A DNA stretch of 64,000 nucleotides from positions 2,976,001-3,040,000 of the forward strand of contig OX638351.1 in NCBI GenBank assembly GCA_951813565.1. Reading direction: 5' to 3'. The DNA comes from an uncultured Poribacteria bacterium. Lineage in GTDB: Bacteria; Poribacteria; WGA-4E; WGA-3G. The notes beneath the pieces were generated by a model. The model did not search any database, was not told where the DNA came from, and was given only the letters and a program-made list of their open reading frames with translations. Below, one piece after another: positions 20,886 to 29,608 of this stretch (its first letter is position 1; the number at the start of each line of letters is the position of its first letter). The translations under genes were made by a program, and so were the position numbers.

Positions 20886-21018
20886 GTCTACATCCCCGCG
20901 CTAAAGCAACGGGGGCTTGACACAGAAAAACGATAACAGACATCTAAAGTACCCGTTCAAAGTTTATGATTTTCTTTCGTCACGCTTTTTCTCTTCAGGT
21001 TTGGAAGGCTCATCTGTA

Positions 21019-21444
21019 TCAGTTACCTTCTAAAAACTTCATGAAAGCTTCGCTCTTTTCGCGCTTTTCGCGGCTTTCTGAAGTAATTACCTTTCTAGCT
21101 TCCATAGTCTTTATAAGTCTCGCCCCAAACTTCTCCCGGAAAACGACCAAACGTTTGTGCCTCTCTGTACGTTTTTCCTCCGTAGTTGCAGAATCGGGCA
21201 GTTTTGACCTCATGATTTCGGGCAATTCTGCTATTATCTCCCTACCGAGTTGAAGCGCTACCTCCTTTTCTTTTGGATCGTCAATGCATTCTATGAGGGT
21301 CGGATCGTCTTCACATTCTTTAAGAAGACGTTGTAATTTATCTAACTCTTGTTGATGTAATACCTCAAATTCTTCAGCTTCCGCTGTCTTTTCAGATTCA
21401 TCAGAAATCGGTTCAGGGTTCACAAGTACTTTTTTGGTTCCCAT
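21019..21444 (-). CDS. MGTKKV paralogue 3, C-terminus shortened by a 1-bp insertion
   Basis: Ends MKFLEGN* where copy 1 reads MKFLKVTDTDEPSK; DNA homology continues past the stop. Confidence 0.65.
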   Translation of the reverse strand: MGTKKVLVNPEPISDESEKTAEAEEFEVLHQQELDKLQRLLKECEDDPTLIECIDDPKEKEVALQLGREIIAELPEIMRSKLPDSATTEEKRTERHKRLVVFREKFGARLIKTMEARKVITSESREKREKSEAFMKFLEGN

Positions 21445-22287
21445 TTTGGTTCTCCTTTCACCGCACATTCATGATAAATGTCGGTTGAATTCTTTCCAGT
21501 TAAACCGTTGTGCCCAACCGGAAATCGTTACCTGAGTAAGATTGAGTCTTTTGCTGATTTTAGCACAATTGTCCTTGAAACGTCAAAAACACAAGCATCA
21601 ACTTTTGATGGGCTTACAAATACCTCGACTGATAACAGTAACAGACCATTTGAGTATACGGTTGCTATATCAAAAGAGCCTTTCAGTTCTTACATATACC
21701 CATAAAAATGTCAGCTGGGCACTTCGCTATGTGCTACAAGGGGTTATGTTGCTTCACTTAACTTCCTCTCCTTTTGCTATTCCACTTCACCCTGTAGGTA
21801 TTTCATTGTCTCTTTTAAAGTCTCCTTTTTTGTATGCAAACTGGTTTTCTAAAGAATTCACATGTACGTGTTATCCAAACGGATAAGACAACCATACCTA
21901 AATAAATTTAACACCGACTAAAAATGTGTACAACTAAACAATATAGTGCAACTGCATGGAAATCCTCCGAATCATGCGGGTTGCTGTTACTTTTATGAAT
22001 GATAACATTTCTACAAAAAAAATCAAGAAAAAAATCCTACGGATGTTTTCAAAGTTCTTCAGAATACGGGAAATCCGCTATCCACCAGACGTTAAATCAA
22101 ATTACAAAAGCGGAAGCCTATCGGGAATGAAGATGATTACATTTCTGTACCTTTCATGGATACATCTCTATCCCTTTCAGGACTTACGCACAAATGGTAG
22201 GCGCTTTTTGATGAAGATTAAAAAAATATTTCGGTAATTTCCTAACCATCGACATCTTGTTTTCTTGTGTGAGGTTCATTATCTGGT

Positions 22288-22438
22288 TGTCTGAATCACG
22301 GAAGGCGCGGAAGACGCGGAGAACGCGGAAAGAAGAATGTTTTGATAATCCAACCTGTTTATTTGTGAAGGTAAATATGGAAACACAATAGCATTTTCCG
22401 TGTTCTCTGTGTTTTCCGCGTTTTCCGCGATTCAGACA
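22288..22438. repeat. 44-bp-arm inverted repeat with internal 9-bp periodicity
   Basis: TGTCTGAATCACGGAAGGCGCGGAAGACGCGG... / ...TTCCGCGTTTTCCGCGATTCAGACA. Confidence 0.85.
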
Positions 22439-22467
22439 GAAAAAAGATCAAAAGGACCGAATTAATA

Positions 22468-22626
22468 ACGTGAGTTTGATAATTAACTGGACAGGCAAAA
22501 ATTGAACAGAGAACGGGCATATTTGCTGAAAAAATCGTTATTTTGGTGTTTTTAACCCCTAAATCCCCCTTATCAGAGGACTTTAAGAGGAAATGTAGAA
22601 ATCCTAACTATTTATCAAACTCACGT
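22468..22626. mobile_element. IS982-type MITE
   Basis: ACGTGAGTTTGATAA ends, 8-bp TSD AATTAATA; near-identical to 37329-37489. Confidence 0.88.
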
Positions 22627-23048
22627 AATTAATAAATTAATCTTCATGTAAACGCGCCGATAATTCTGAATTCTGCTAAAAATTACGCCATTTTAACCAT
22701 AATTATTGCAAAAATCGCGAAAATTGCGTAAGTCCTGATAAAAAAGAAATGGCATCACTGGATAATACCATAAGATTCCAGAAACACAAACACAATGAAG
22801 TAGACACAGATTATAAGAAGTGCTTCTTGCATGATTAATTCCCCTCACCTGTAAAGTTTCCGCCCTCTTGGAAACCTAAGATTTACCCTTGTCAGTTGTA
22901 CAATATAAAGTGGACACTTTACGCTTTCATACTGACATCATCTCTGCGGATGTTACACCTACAAGTCAATTTGCCTCAAGTACTAATCAAACCGGATACG
23001 TCTAAAACAACTTTCATGTTGAAAATCTTTCAACAGGCGCAAATCCAA

Positions 23049-23064
23049 GCAATTCACGTGCCAA
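23049..23064 (-). promoter_or_regulatory. sigma54 -24/-12 promoter
   Basis: TTGGCACGTGAATTGC matches TGGCAC-N5-TTGC; about 220 bp upstream of ATG 22832. Confidence 0.65.
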
Positions 23065-23384
23065 TCTGATAAACTTGCGCCGTTAGCAACTTTAATCAAT
23101 CTACATACGCCAATCAGGCAAAAAATGTATATTTCGCATTCTTAAAAATGCTTTTTTTGCTGAGTGCCTCAAAATTACATCTCTCTAAACTTGAATCAGC
23201 GTTCCGGCAATTTAATCACATTGCAAGCTACAAAAGGTAATAAAACGACTTTTGTTTCGACTTGACAAAGTTAACGCTTCTTTTTTGTATTTGTTACCAT
23301 TTTGAGATAATATTCGACATTTGTATTTCTATGAAAATATAGTGAATTAGAAAGATATGGTAAGAACAATAATTATTGATACAC

Positions 23385-24059
23385 TGTGAATCAAAGCCGA
23401 ATGCGCTTTTTGGCATTCGCCATGATTTGTAGCGTTGATTTCTTGATTTGGTGTATTCTGCCAAAAAGCGCATTCGGCGTTGATTTGGATTTTCGCGCAG
23501 ACAAAGCGCTTCTACAAAGAGGTCTTGCCAATGAGTGGCAACCAGCTAAAGTAAGGTAGGTGCGGTTTCCTAACCGCACCATAGACGTCAATTTAGGGGA
23601 TAAATCCCGTCACAGATTGTAGGGCGGGGTCTCTGTGCCCCGCCATTGCTGATGTATTCAAACAACGGGCGGGCACAGAGACCCGCCTCTACAATCTGTG
23701 ACGGTGTTGTTTGGGTTAAAATGTGTGAAACCTGAAATAAATCCTTAAATTGACACCTATGGTGCGGTTAGGAAACCGCAACCATAGACGTCAATTTAAG
23801 AAATAACGCGTTTGTAGTCGCGCAATTCATTGCCAAATCAACGCAGCATGCGCCAAATCAAGAAATCAACGGTATGAATCATGGCGAATCATGTAGAATA
23901 CCAAAAGCGTATTCTACCAAGCGCATTCGTCTTTAGTCATTCACCGGGTATGAATGCCTTATGGCATTCCCCGTGTGGCATGCTGCGCCTCGGACATTTA
24001 TGGCGTGTTTAAAATCCACATAAGAACAAAATGTCCAAATAATTATGGGTTTCACTATA
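23385..24059. repeat. Cluster of nested REPs, MITEs and AATCAAC hairpins
   Basis: GGTGCGGTTTCCTAACCGCACC, CATAGACGTCAATTTA...TAAATTGACACCTATG, GTAGGGCGGGG pair, multiple AATCAAC units. Confidence 0.8.
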
Positions 24060-24093
24060 AATAATCCTGCTATAATTTTTTTTGATTTTTTTC

Positions 24094-24122
24094 TTGACAA
24101 TTTTTAGCATTTTTTGTAAAAT
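24094..24122 (+). promoter_or_regulatory. sigma70 promoter
   Basis: TTGACA-N17-TAAAAT. Confidence 0.6.
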
Positions 24123-24400
24123 ATATTTGACGTTAATAAATTCACGCCTACGTGGATTACGTCAGAGGTGCTTTTTAGATGCACCGACAGTGTTACCACC
24201 ACTGCCGATGCGAAGCACTGCCAGGATTATTCTGACAGCGCTGGTGTCTATTTTAGCATAGACCTTCTGAAGTGTCAATGCACTTTAGAGACCAGCGGCC
24301 TCTACAGGGATAGCAAAACTTTCTCATTTCAGACCTGCCATTTCTGTAGTCTGTCGATAAATTATCAACCTGCTTCATATGATAGCATAGGAGGCACAAG

Positions 24401-24640
24401 ATGAGACAACACTACAAAGCCTTTCTCACCTTAATTATTATTTCTACGTTGGTAATCACAAGCGGTCTATTGCTGTTTGGCACTTATGATGCCACACAGA
24501 CAGGGACGCAAGATTGTGAACAACGGATCAAGTCGGACTGTGTCACGTGTGGCGAAAGACCGATTGTCCGAACCCAACCCCACGCTGCTCACTGGACACA
24601 GCGGATAACAAGAATCTTATACAGGAGGATCGTTAGATGA
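24401..24640 (+). CDS. Small membrane-anchored hypothetical protein
   Basis: AGGAGG SD, N-terminal TM segment, CxxC; overlaps the next start. Confidence 0.5.
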   Translation: MRQHYKAFLTLIIISTLVITSGLLLFGTYDATQTGTQDCEQRIKSDCVTCGERPIVRTQPHAAHWTQRITRILYRRIVR

Positions 24641-25326
24641 ATCGCAAAATGTATTGGGGGGTTGCAGCCCTCATTATTATACTGATTGCTGCTGGTGGTT
24701 TTATTTACTGGCAGTGGTCAGAAGTGCAGCAGCTCAAAGAACAGCTTGCACAAGACAATAAACTGCTTGAAGGAAACGATAAAACGGTAGCAGAGAACGG
24801 ACTGCCGCCTGCCGCCCCGGGCAAAAAGTGGGTACCACATGGTGACCACTTCCACGAGGTGCCGATTGACGCACCGGATGTGTGGCAGGGTGGAGCGCCT
24901 GAACCTATAGTCAATAGTGACACGCAACATTCTGAATTGTCGCTGAAACAACAGTTGATGAAAAAGAAAAATGAATTAACACAGCAGCTTGAGGTAGTAA
25001 AAAAAGACAGTGCGATTAGGAAAGCGGCCCTAAAAGCCTCTGCTGATTTATTAGCACAATTCGAACAATTTGCAAAAGATAACGATGATGTAAACTATAT
25101 GAGACCACATATATGGAAGACGTTATCTCAATCTGAGCGTGAAGCATTTTTACAACGTCTTAAGCAATATGATCAAGATCTATTTGTATTCTGCGAGTCG
25201 GCTCTGTCAACGCTGCAGTCTAATCCCAAACTCTTAGAGATGGTAAAGGAACGCCAACCAATAATAACGTATTTTTTGAAAAACCCACCATCAATGTACA
25301 AAATATATGGAGGCAATAACAAATGA
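24637..25326 (+). CDS. Membrane-anchored protein with HGDHFH motif and coiled coil
   Basis: AGGAGG SD, N-terminal TM segment, WVPHGDHFHEVP. Confidence 0.75.
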   Translation: MNRKMYWGVAALIIILIAAGGFIYWQWSEVQQLKEQLAQDNKLLEGNDKTVAENGLPPAAPGKKWVPHGDHFHEVPIDAPDVWQGGAPEPIVNSDTQHSELSLKQQLMKKKNELTQQLEVVKKDSAIRKAALKASADLLAQFEQFAKDNDDVNYMRPHIWKTLSQSEREAFLQRLKQYDQDLFVFCESALSTLQSNPKLLEMVKERQPIITYFLKNPPSMYKIYGGNNK

Positions 25327-25937
25327 AATATAAAGTCATATTGTTGCTAATCTCTTTTATATTTTTTCCCTTTATGAGTGAACCTGCCGAAGACAATCAA
25401 GGACTACAAGAACAAATTGACGCACTGAATCAACAACTTCAAGAACATCTTGATGATCATGAAGAGGAAGAAGAAGAAGAACAGATAGAAGAGAATATTA
25501 ATAATGCTGCAACACTTGTAAATTTATTTACATTCGGTGCTGCAAGTTCAATATTATCAGGTATAGACTTACTGCAACAAGTGGGTTTATGGCCGCACCT
25601 ATGCGATATTTGCCACACATATCAGATAGGTTCCCATCTTCACGAGACATGCCCATGGTGTCTCGAAGAGTTCCTTGCTGGCGGGTTACACAGTTGTCCC
25701 CCTCCAACTCTATGCATAGATTGCTTCACCTTCTACGTAGAAAAACTTGGACATACGTGTCCAGCAGACGAAGAGCCAGCCGACCCAGAACCGGATCCTA
25801 ATCCAAATGACGATGAGGGCGGTCCGAATGATGACGAAGGCGGTCCCAACGATAATGAAGGGGGGCCCAATACAGATGATGATGACCAGACACCTAATTG
25901 CAATTTATGCAAGAACGGTTGTTCTGGATGTCAGTAA
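25323..25937 (+). CDS. Secreted acidic Cys/His-rich hypothetical protein
   Basis: Signal peptide, poly-E, CDICH, CPWC, CIDC, CNLCKNGCSGC, PNDDEGG-like repeat x3. Confidence 0.7.
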   Translation: MKYKVILLLISFIFFPFMSEPAEDNQGLQEQIDALNQQLQEHLDDHEEEEEEEQIEENINNAATLVNLFTFGAASSILSGIDLLQQVGLWPHLCDICHTYQIGSHLHETCPWCLEEFLAGGLHSCPPPTLCIDCFTFYVEKLGHTCPADEEPADPEPDPNPNDDEGGPNDDEGGPNDNEGGPNTDDDDQTPNCNLCKNGCSGCQ

Positions 25938-25975
25938 AAGCGGCAGCAGCGCGTGACGATCACGCCATAACGAAT

Positions 25976-26013
25976 AGGCAGGTATCCTTTTTGGGTATCT
26001 GCCTTTCCTTTTT
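25976..26013 (+). terminator. Intrinsic terminator
   Basis: AGGCAGGTATCC-loop-GGGTATCTGCCT then T-rich tract. Confidence 0.7.
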
Positions 26014-26019
26014 CAAAAC

Positions 26020-26178
26020 CAGAGCTATTTAGTTTTAAGAATTATCAGTTAATGCGTGTTACTGAAAGTTTATATTGTCCGTTGGGTTTCGCTCCGCTCT
26101 ACCCAACGGACGATACTATTATAAAGAATTAACGCATGTGATAAAATGCGTCAAAAATATAAAAACTAAATAACCCTG
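26020..26178. mobile_element. MITE carrying a REP-like hairpin
   Basis: CAGAGCTATTTAGTTTT / AAAACTAAATAACCCTG, 9-bp TSD TTTCAAAAC. Confidence 0.8.
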
Positions 26179-26309
26179 TTTCAAAACCCTCTACATTGAC
26201 ATAAATCATAGAAACTGCTAAAAAATTGAATGGCTCTGATAAAAACCCTTGAATTTGCTTGCAATTTTTCGGAATTATGTTTATAGTTACACGGGAGGAA
26301 TTATAGAGT

Positions 26310-27254
26310 ATGAAAAATGAGTTAAGGTTTCGCGAGAATGGTTGTTTTAAAATCGTCCAGTTTACCGATATTCATTGGCACAACGGTGAATCTGCCGACC
26401 AGAAATCCGCGGCTTTGATGGAAAATGTTGCCAAAGCAGAAAAGCCAGATTTAATCGTGCTAACGGGAGATATTTTGTCTGGAGGTGGATGTAATAATGC
26501 TGCTGAATCCCTTCGACAGATTGTAGAGATTTTGGAGAGGTGTGGTTTCCCTTGGGCAGCAGTTTTTGGCAATCATGACGATGAAGGCACAGCAAATCGC
26601 CATGAATTGATGGAAGTCATGCAGGAAAGTAACTTGTCGCTTGCGGAGCCAGGACCGGAAGAAGTTCCGGGGGTTGGGAATTATGTTTTAACAGTTCAAA
26701 GTTCAGATAAAACGAACCCTGCCGCGCTGCTCTATTTTGTTGATTCAGGTAGTTATGCCCCAACAGATATTGGTGGTTACGATTGGATCAGGCGCGCACA
26801 GATAGAGTGGTTTCTCAGCGAATCCGCGAGACATACTGCATCGGTAGGACATCCGTTGCCCGCGCTCGCTTTCTTCCACATCCCAATTCCTGAATATCAT
26901 GAAGTATGGGATTTTCACACCTGCTACGGTGTAAAATATGAGGATGTTTGCGCGCCTCACATCAATACCGGCTTTTTTGCTGCCCTACATGAAGCAGGAG
27001 ATGTAATGGGAACATTTGTTGGGCATGAGCATATTAACGATTTCTGGGGAGATTTGCACGGAATTCGCCTCTGCTACGGTAGAACCACCGGCTATAATAC
27101 TTATGGAAAAGATGGATTTCCGCGCGGGGCAAGAGTGATTCAATTACCGGAAGGTGAGCGCCAATTTGAAACTTGGCTCCATCTTGACAACGACACGATA
27201 GTGCATGAGCAACAAAAACATACGCCGCTCCAACGCACTTTCACTGAAGATTGA
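26310..27254 (+). CDS. Calcineurin-like metallophosphoesterase (Dcr2/PAP-like)
   Basis: TDIH, TGD, GNHD, FFHIP, GHEH. Confidence 0.9.
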   Translation: MKNELRFRENGCFKIVQFTDIHWHNGESADQKSAALMENVAKAEKPDLIVLTGDILSGGGCNNAAESLRQIVEILERCGFPWAAVFGNHDDEGTANRHELMEVMQESNLSLAEPGPEEVPGVGNYVLTVQSSDKTNPAALLYFVDSGSYAPTDIGGYDWIRRAQIEWFLSESARHTASVGHPLPALAFFHIPIPEYHEVWDFHTCYGVKYEDVCAPHINTGFFAALHEAGDVMGTFVGHEHINDFWGDLHGIRLCYGRTTGYNTYGKDGFPRGARVIQLPEGERQFETWLHLDNDTIVHEQQKHTPLQRTFTED

Positions 27255-27310
27255 TAATTCTACTACTGCTTTGTCAACATATTCGGGATTTTAATCCTTA
27301 GGAGGAAAAT

Positions 27311-27655
27311 GTGAGAGCACAACCACAGGTCTCTATCCGACACGAAGAGGACGTTGCGATTTTTGACATTACCGGTTACTTAACTAACGAATCTGAAGAG
27401 GCTATTAACGACGCGTATGCTGATAACGGTGTGCAGGAAGCAACAAAACTTCTGCTCAACTTCGATCGGCAAAGTTTTATCACGAGTAGCGGCTTTGGTA
27501 CGATTATAAAATTACTTTGGAAGACGCGTGATAAAGGACAAACGTTGCGAATTGCACATCCGGCTATGCAGGTGCGAACCATTTTTAACACCATCGGATT
27601 GACACAGAGCATCGGCGTATATGCGTCTGAAGCAGAGGCACTGGAAGATTTCTAA
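27311..27655 (+). CDS. STAS-domain anti-sigma factor antagonist
   Basis: FITSSGFGTII, IFNTIGL; AGGAGG SD. Confidence 0.85.
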   Translation: MRAQPQVSIRHEEDVAIFDITGYLTNESEEAINDAYADNGVQEATKLLLNFDRQSFITSSGFGTIIKLLWKTRDKGQTLRIAHPAMQVRTIFNTIGLTQSIGVYASEAEALEDF

Positions 27656-27659
27656 AATC

Positions 27660-29552
27660 TCATGGAAAAAGGGTGTACATATTCTTGTTAAACAACACGC
27701 CTAACAAACTCCATAGGCTGCCAGCAAGAAATTGACCAAAAATAAGTCCTAAGAATAGAGGTAACGCTCTGCGATAGGCACGGACACCGCCTCCTGTGAA
27801 AAGCAGCCGCTTGAAGAGCCACCCTAAGAAAATTGAAAACCACATCCATCCGATTGCCCAACCGTTACCAACAGCATACCCCACGGGATAAAATGGCCAC
27901 CATAGAAATTGCCGTTTTAGAACCGTCAATATGCCGGTTAATAGGAAGCCAAAACCCATGTGTTGGATAGCTGGGAGGTTCGGCGCACGCGGGACGGTAA
28001 TCCAGTTTTGTAAGCGGTTAAATTCACCGACTCCCCAGCGTGCAAACCGATATTCATAATAGAGCGCGACATGCCCGACAATGGAAATGACCGCACCTAC
28101 AATTGATGCCACTATCAAGGCAATAACTAACCGATTCTCACGGAGACGGAAGTGTCTGCCGATTTTAAACGCCTCTAATTGGTGTGGCATCGGGTGACAC
28201 CGATATCCGTAAGCAAGCCACGATAGCAGCGTAGTGTTCGTTAAATTCTGTGCGCCTAATGGACGGCTGCCTAAAAATAAAAGCATAATTCGGTCCGGAT
28301 GAACCCCGTGTAACTCATGTGTCGGGGGGCCAAGTTCTGCACGCATGCGTGTCATGCCAATACACAATACTAAATAGACACCGAAATATCCGAGCGTAAC
28401 CCAAGGTGATAATCCAGCGAAATACCAAAATATCAATACAAACCCCATTCCAAATATCAACCCGAAGACAGCGAGTTGATATAAGCGATCTTTCGACCTA
28501 AAGGAAAAAACGCTGCCCAACACTCTAAGAATCTCTCTACGACTTGTTACCAGTGCAAGTAGCCCAATTCCGATCCATGCACCTGCCCGTTGTTCAGTTT
28601 GAAAACCGATAGCCGTTGTCCATCCCGTCGCACTGAAAAAGACGCGCTGCAAACCCCAAAATAGATAAAATCCCCAGAAAGACAATGCTAAATCCAACGG
28701 CATTAGGTAGCCTAACCCTATCGCAAATGGATAGACATAGACCGGCAAACGTCCCATCGCATTCCAAGGGCGATCCGCAAAGAAGAGTTGATACTTAATT
28801 TTCAGCGAGGGTATCACAGGAAAAAGGTAATTCAGTCCCGCCAAAATCTCAAGTCCAAATGCTATCCCAAAACCGAGCCAAATCAGTTTATTACGAAAAA
28901 GATTAGAGGTATTGCCAAGTAGTTCGACAGGAAGCGTTGTCAATGGATAACTCAACTTTTCATGATCTATCCACTGTTTACGGATGATGATATTGATGCA
29001 TAACATCACGAACAGCAGCAAAATCACTAAACCGCTCCATGCAACAATCGGCCAGAGCCACGCCTCCATGTAGCGGGGTTGCCAAAAAGTGTCATCTCCT
29101 TCAAAATAACCTTGAAGAATTTTACGATCAGTAATCGTCAACCATGTTGGTAGGAAACGGAAGAATATGTCTGCCCATTCATTTTCTGGCGTTGCGAACC
29201 ACCCCGCGTTCGCTATCATCGGCACTAATTGTCGAACGATGTCATGACCCGCAAGTGCTGTGGCAACCGAGACCATGATATACGTCAACGCGAGTTCGCG
29301 CGAAGTCGGCGCAGCATGTTTGAACAACCTTCTCAGAAAAGGTGAAAGTGCTGCAAGCAGAAAGAATGTGAAAAGCACAGTGGGAAAGATTGAAAAATCT
29401 GTGAGTTCCCATACTACACGGTTTTCTGCCGAGATAATCCAGTAACATGTTAGAATGATGAGGATAGAACCGAAGAGGAGAGTACCAACAATAAAGCGGA
29501 GTGTTGACGGTTTCTCAACGTCCTGAATAGCACTTGGCTCATTTTGATGCAT
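27660..29552 (-). CDS. DUF6785/DUF6784-like polytopic membrane protein
   Basis: IIRKQWIDHEKLSYPL, RMRAELGPP, WWPFYPVGY. Confidence 0.75.
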   Translation of the reverse strand: MHQNEPSAIQDVEKPSTLRFIVGTLLFGSILIILTCYWIISAENRVVWELTDFSIFPTVLFTFFLLAALSPFLRRLFKHAAPTSRELALTYIMVSVATALAGHDIVRQLVPMIANAGWFATPENEWADIFFRFLPTWLTITDRKILQGYFEGDDTFWQPRYMEAWLWPIVAWSGLVILLLFVMLCINIIIRKQWIDHEKLSYPLTTLPVELLGNTSNLFRNKLIWLGFGIAFGLEILAGLNYLFPVIPSLKIKYQLFFADRPWNAMGRLPVYVYPFAIGLGYLMPLDLALSFWGFYLFWGLQRVFFSATGWTTAIGFQTEQRAGAWIGIGLLALVTSRREILRVLGSVFSFRSKDRLYQLAVFGLIFGMGFVLIFWYFAGLSPWVTLGYFGVYLVLCIGMTRMRAELGPPTHELHGVHPDRIMLLFLGSRPLGAQNLTNTTLLSWLAYGYRCHPMPHQLEAFKIGRHFRLRENRLVIALIVASIVGAVISIVGHVALYYEYRFARWGVGEFNRLQNWITVPRAPNLPAIQHMGFGFLLTGILTVLKRQFLWWPFYPVGYAVGNGWAIGWMWFSIFLGWLFKRLLFTGGGVRAYRRALPLFLGLIFGQFLAGSLWSLLGVLFNKNMYTLFP

Positions 29553-29608
29553 GTTTCTATCATACCATATCTAATGAAATCAAGCAATGAATATTCTATC
29601 CAACCCAT

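Larger units (their letters stand above)
18556..22737. mobile_element. Non-autonomous composite element bounded by IS701-type ends
   Basis: CAGGACTTAC at 18556, GTAAGTCCTG ending at 22737, ATAAA direct repeat on both sides; internal ends at 19773 and 22178. Confidence 0.75.
17119..22832 (-). pseudogene. Small membrane-protein gene split by IS701 and a 4.2-kb composite element
   Basis: Removing both inserts and one copy of each TSD joins ...GILWYYPVMPFLFY|NTLADSEMKQRMEGDLIEFYGI|VSEIHEFAGKG...LLWPIVGILWGLW in one frame; the MQEALLII start at 22832 needs one extra frameshift. Confidence 0.65.
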
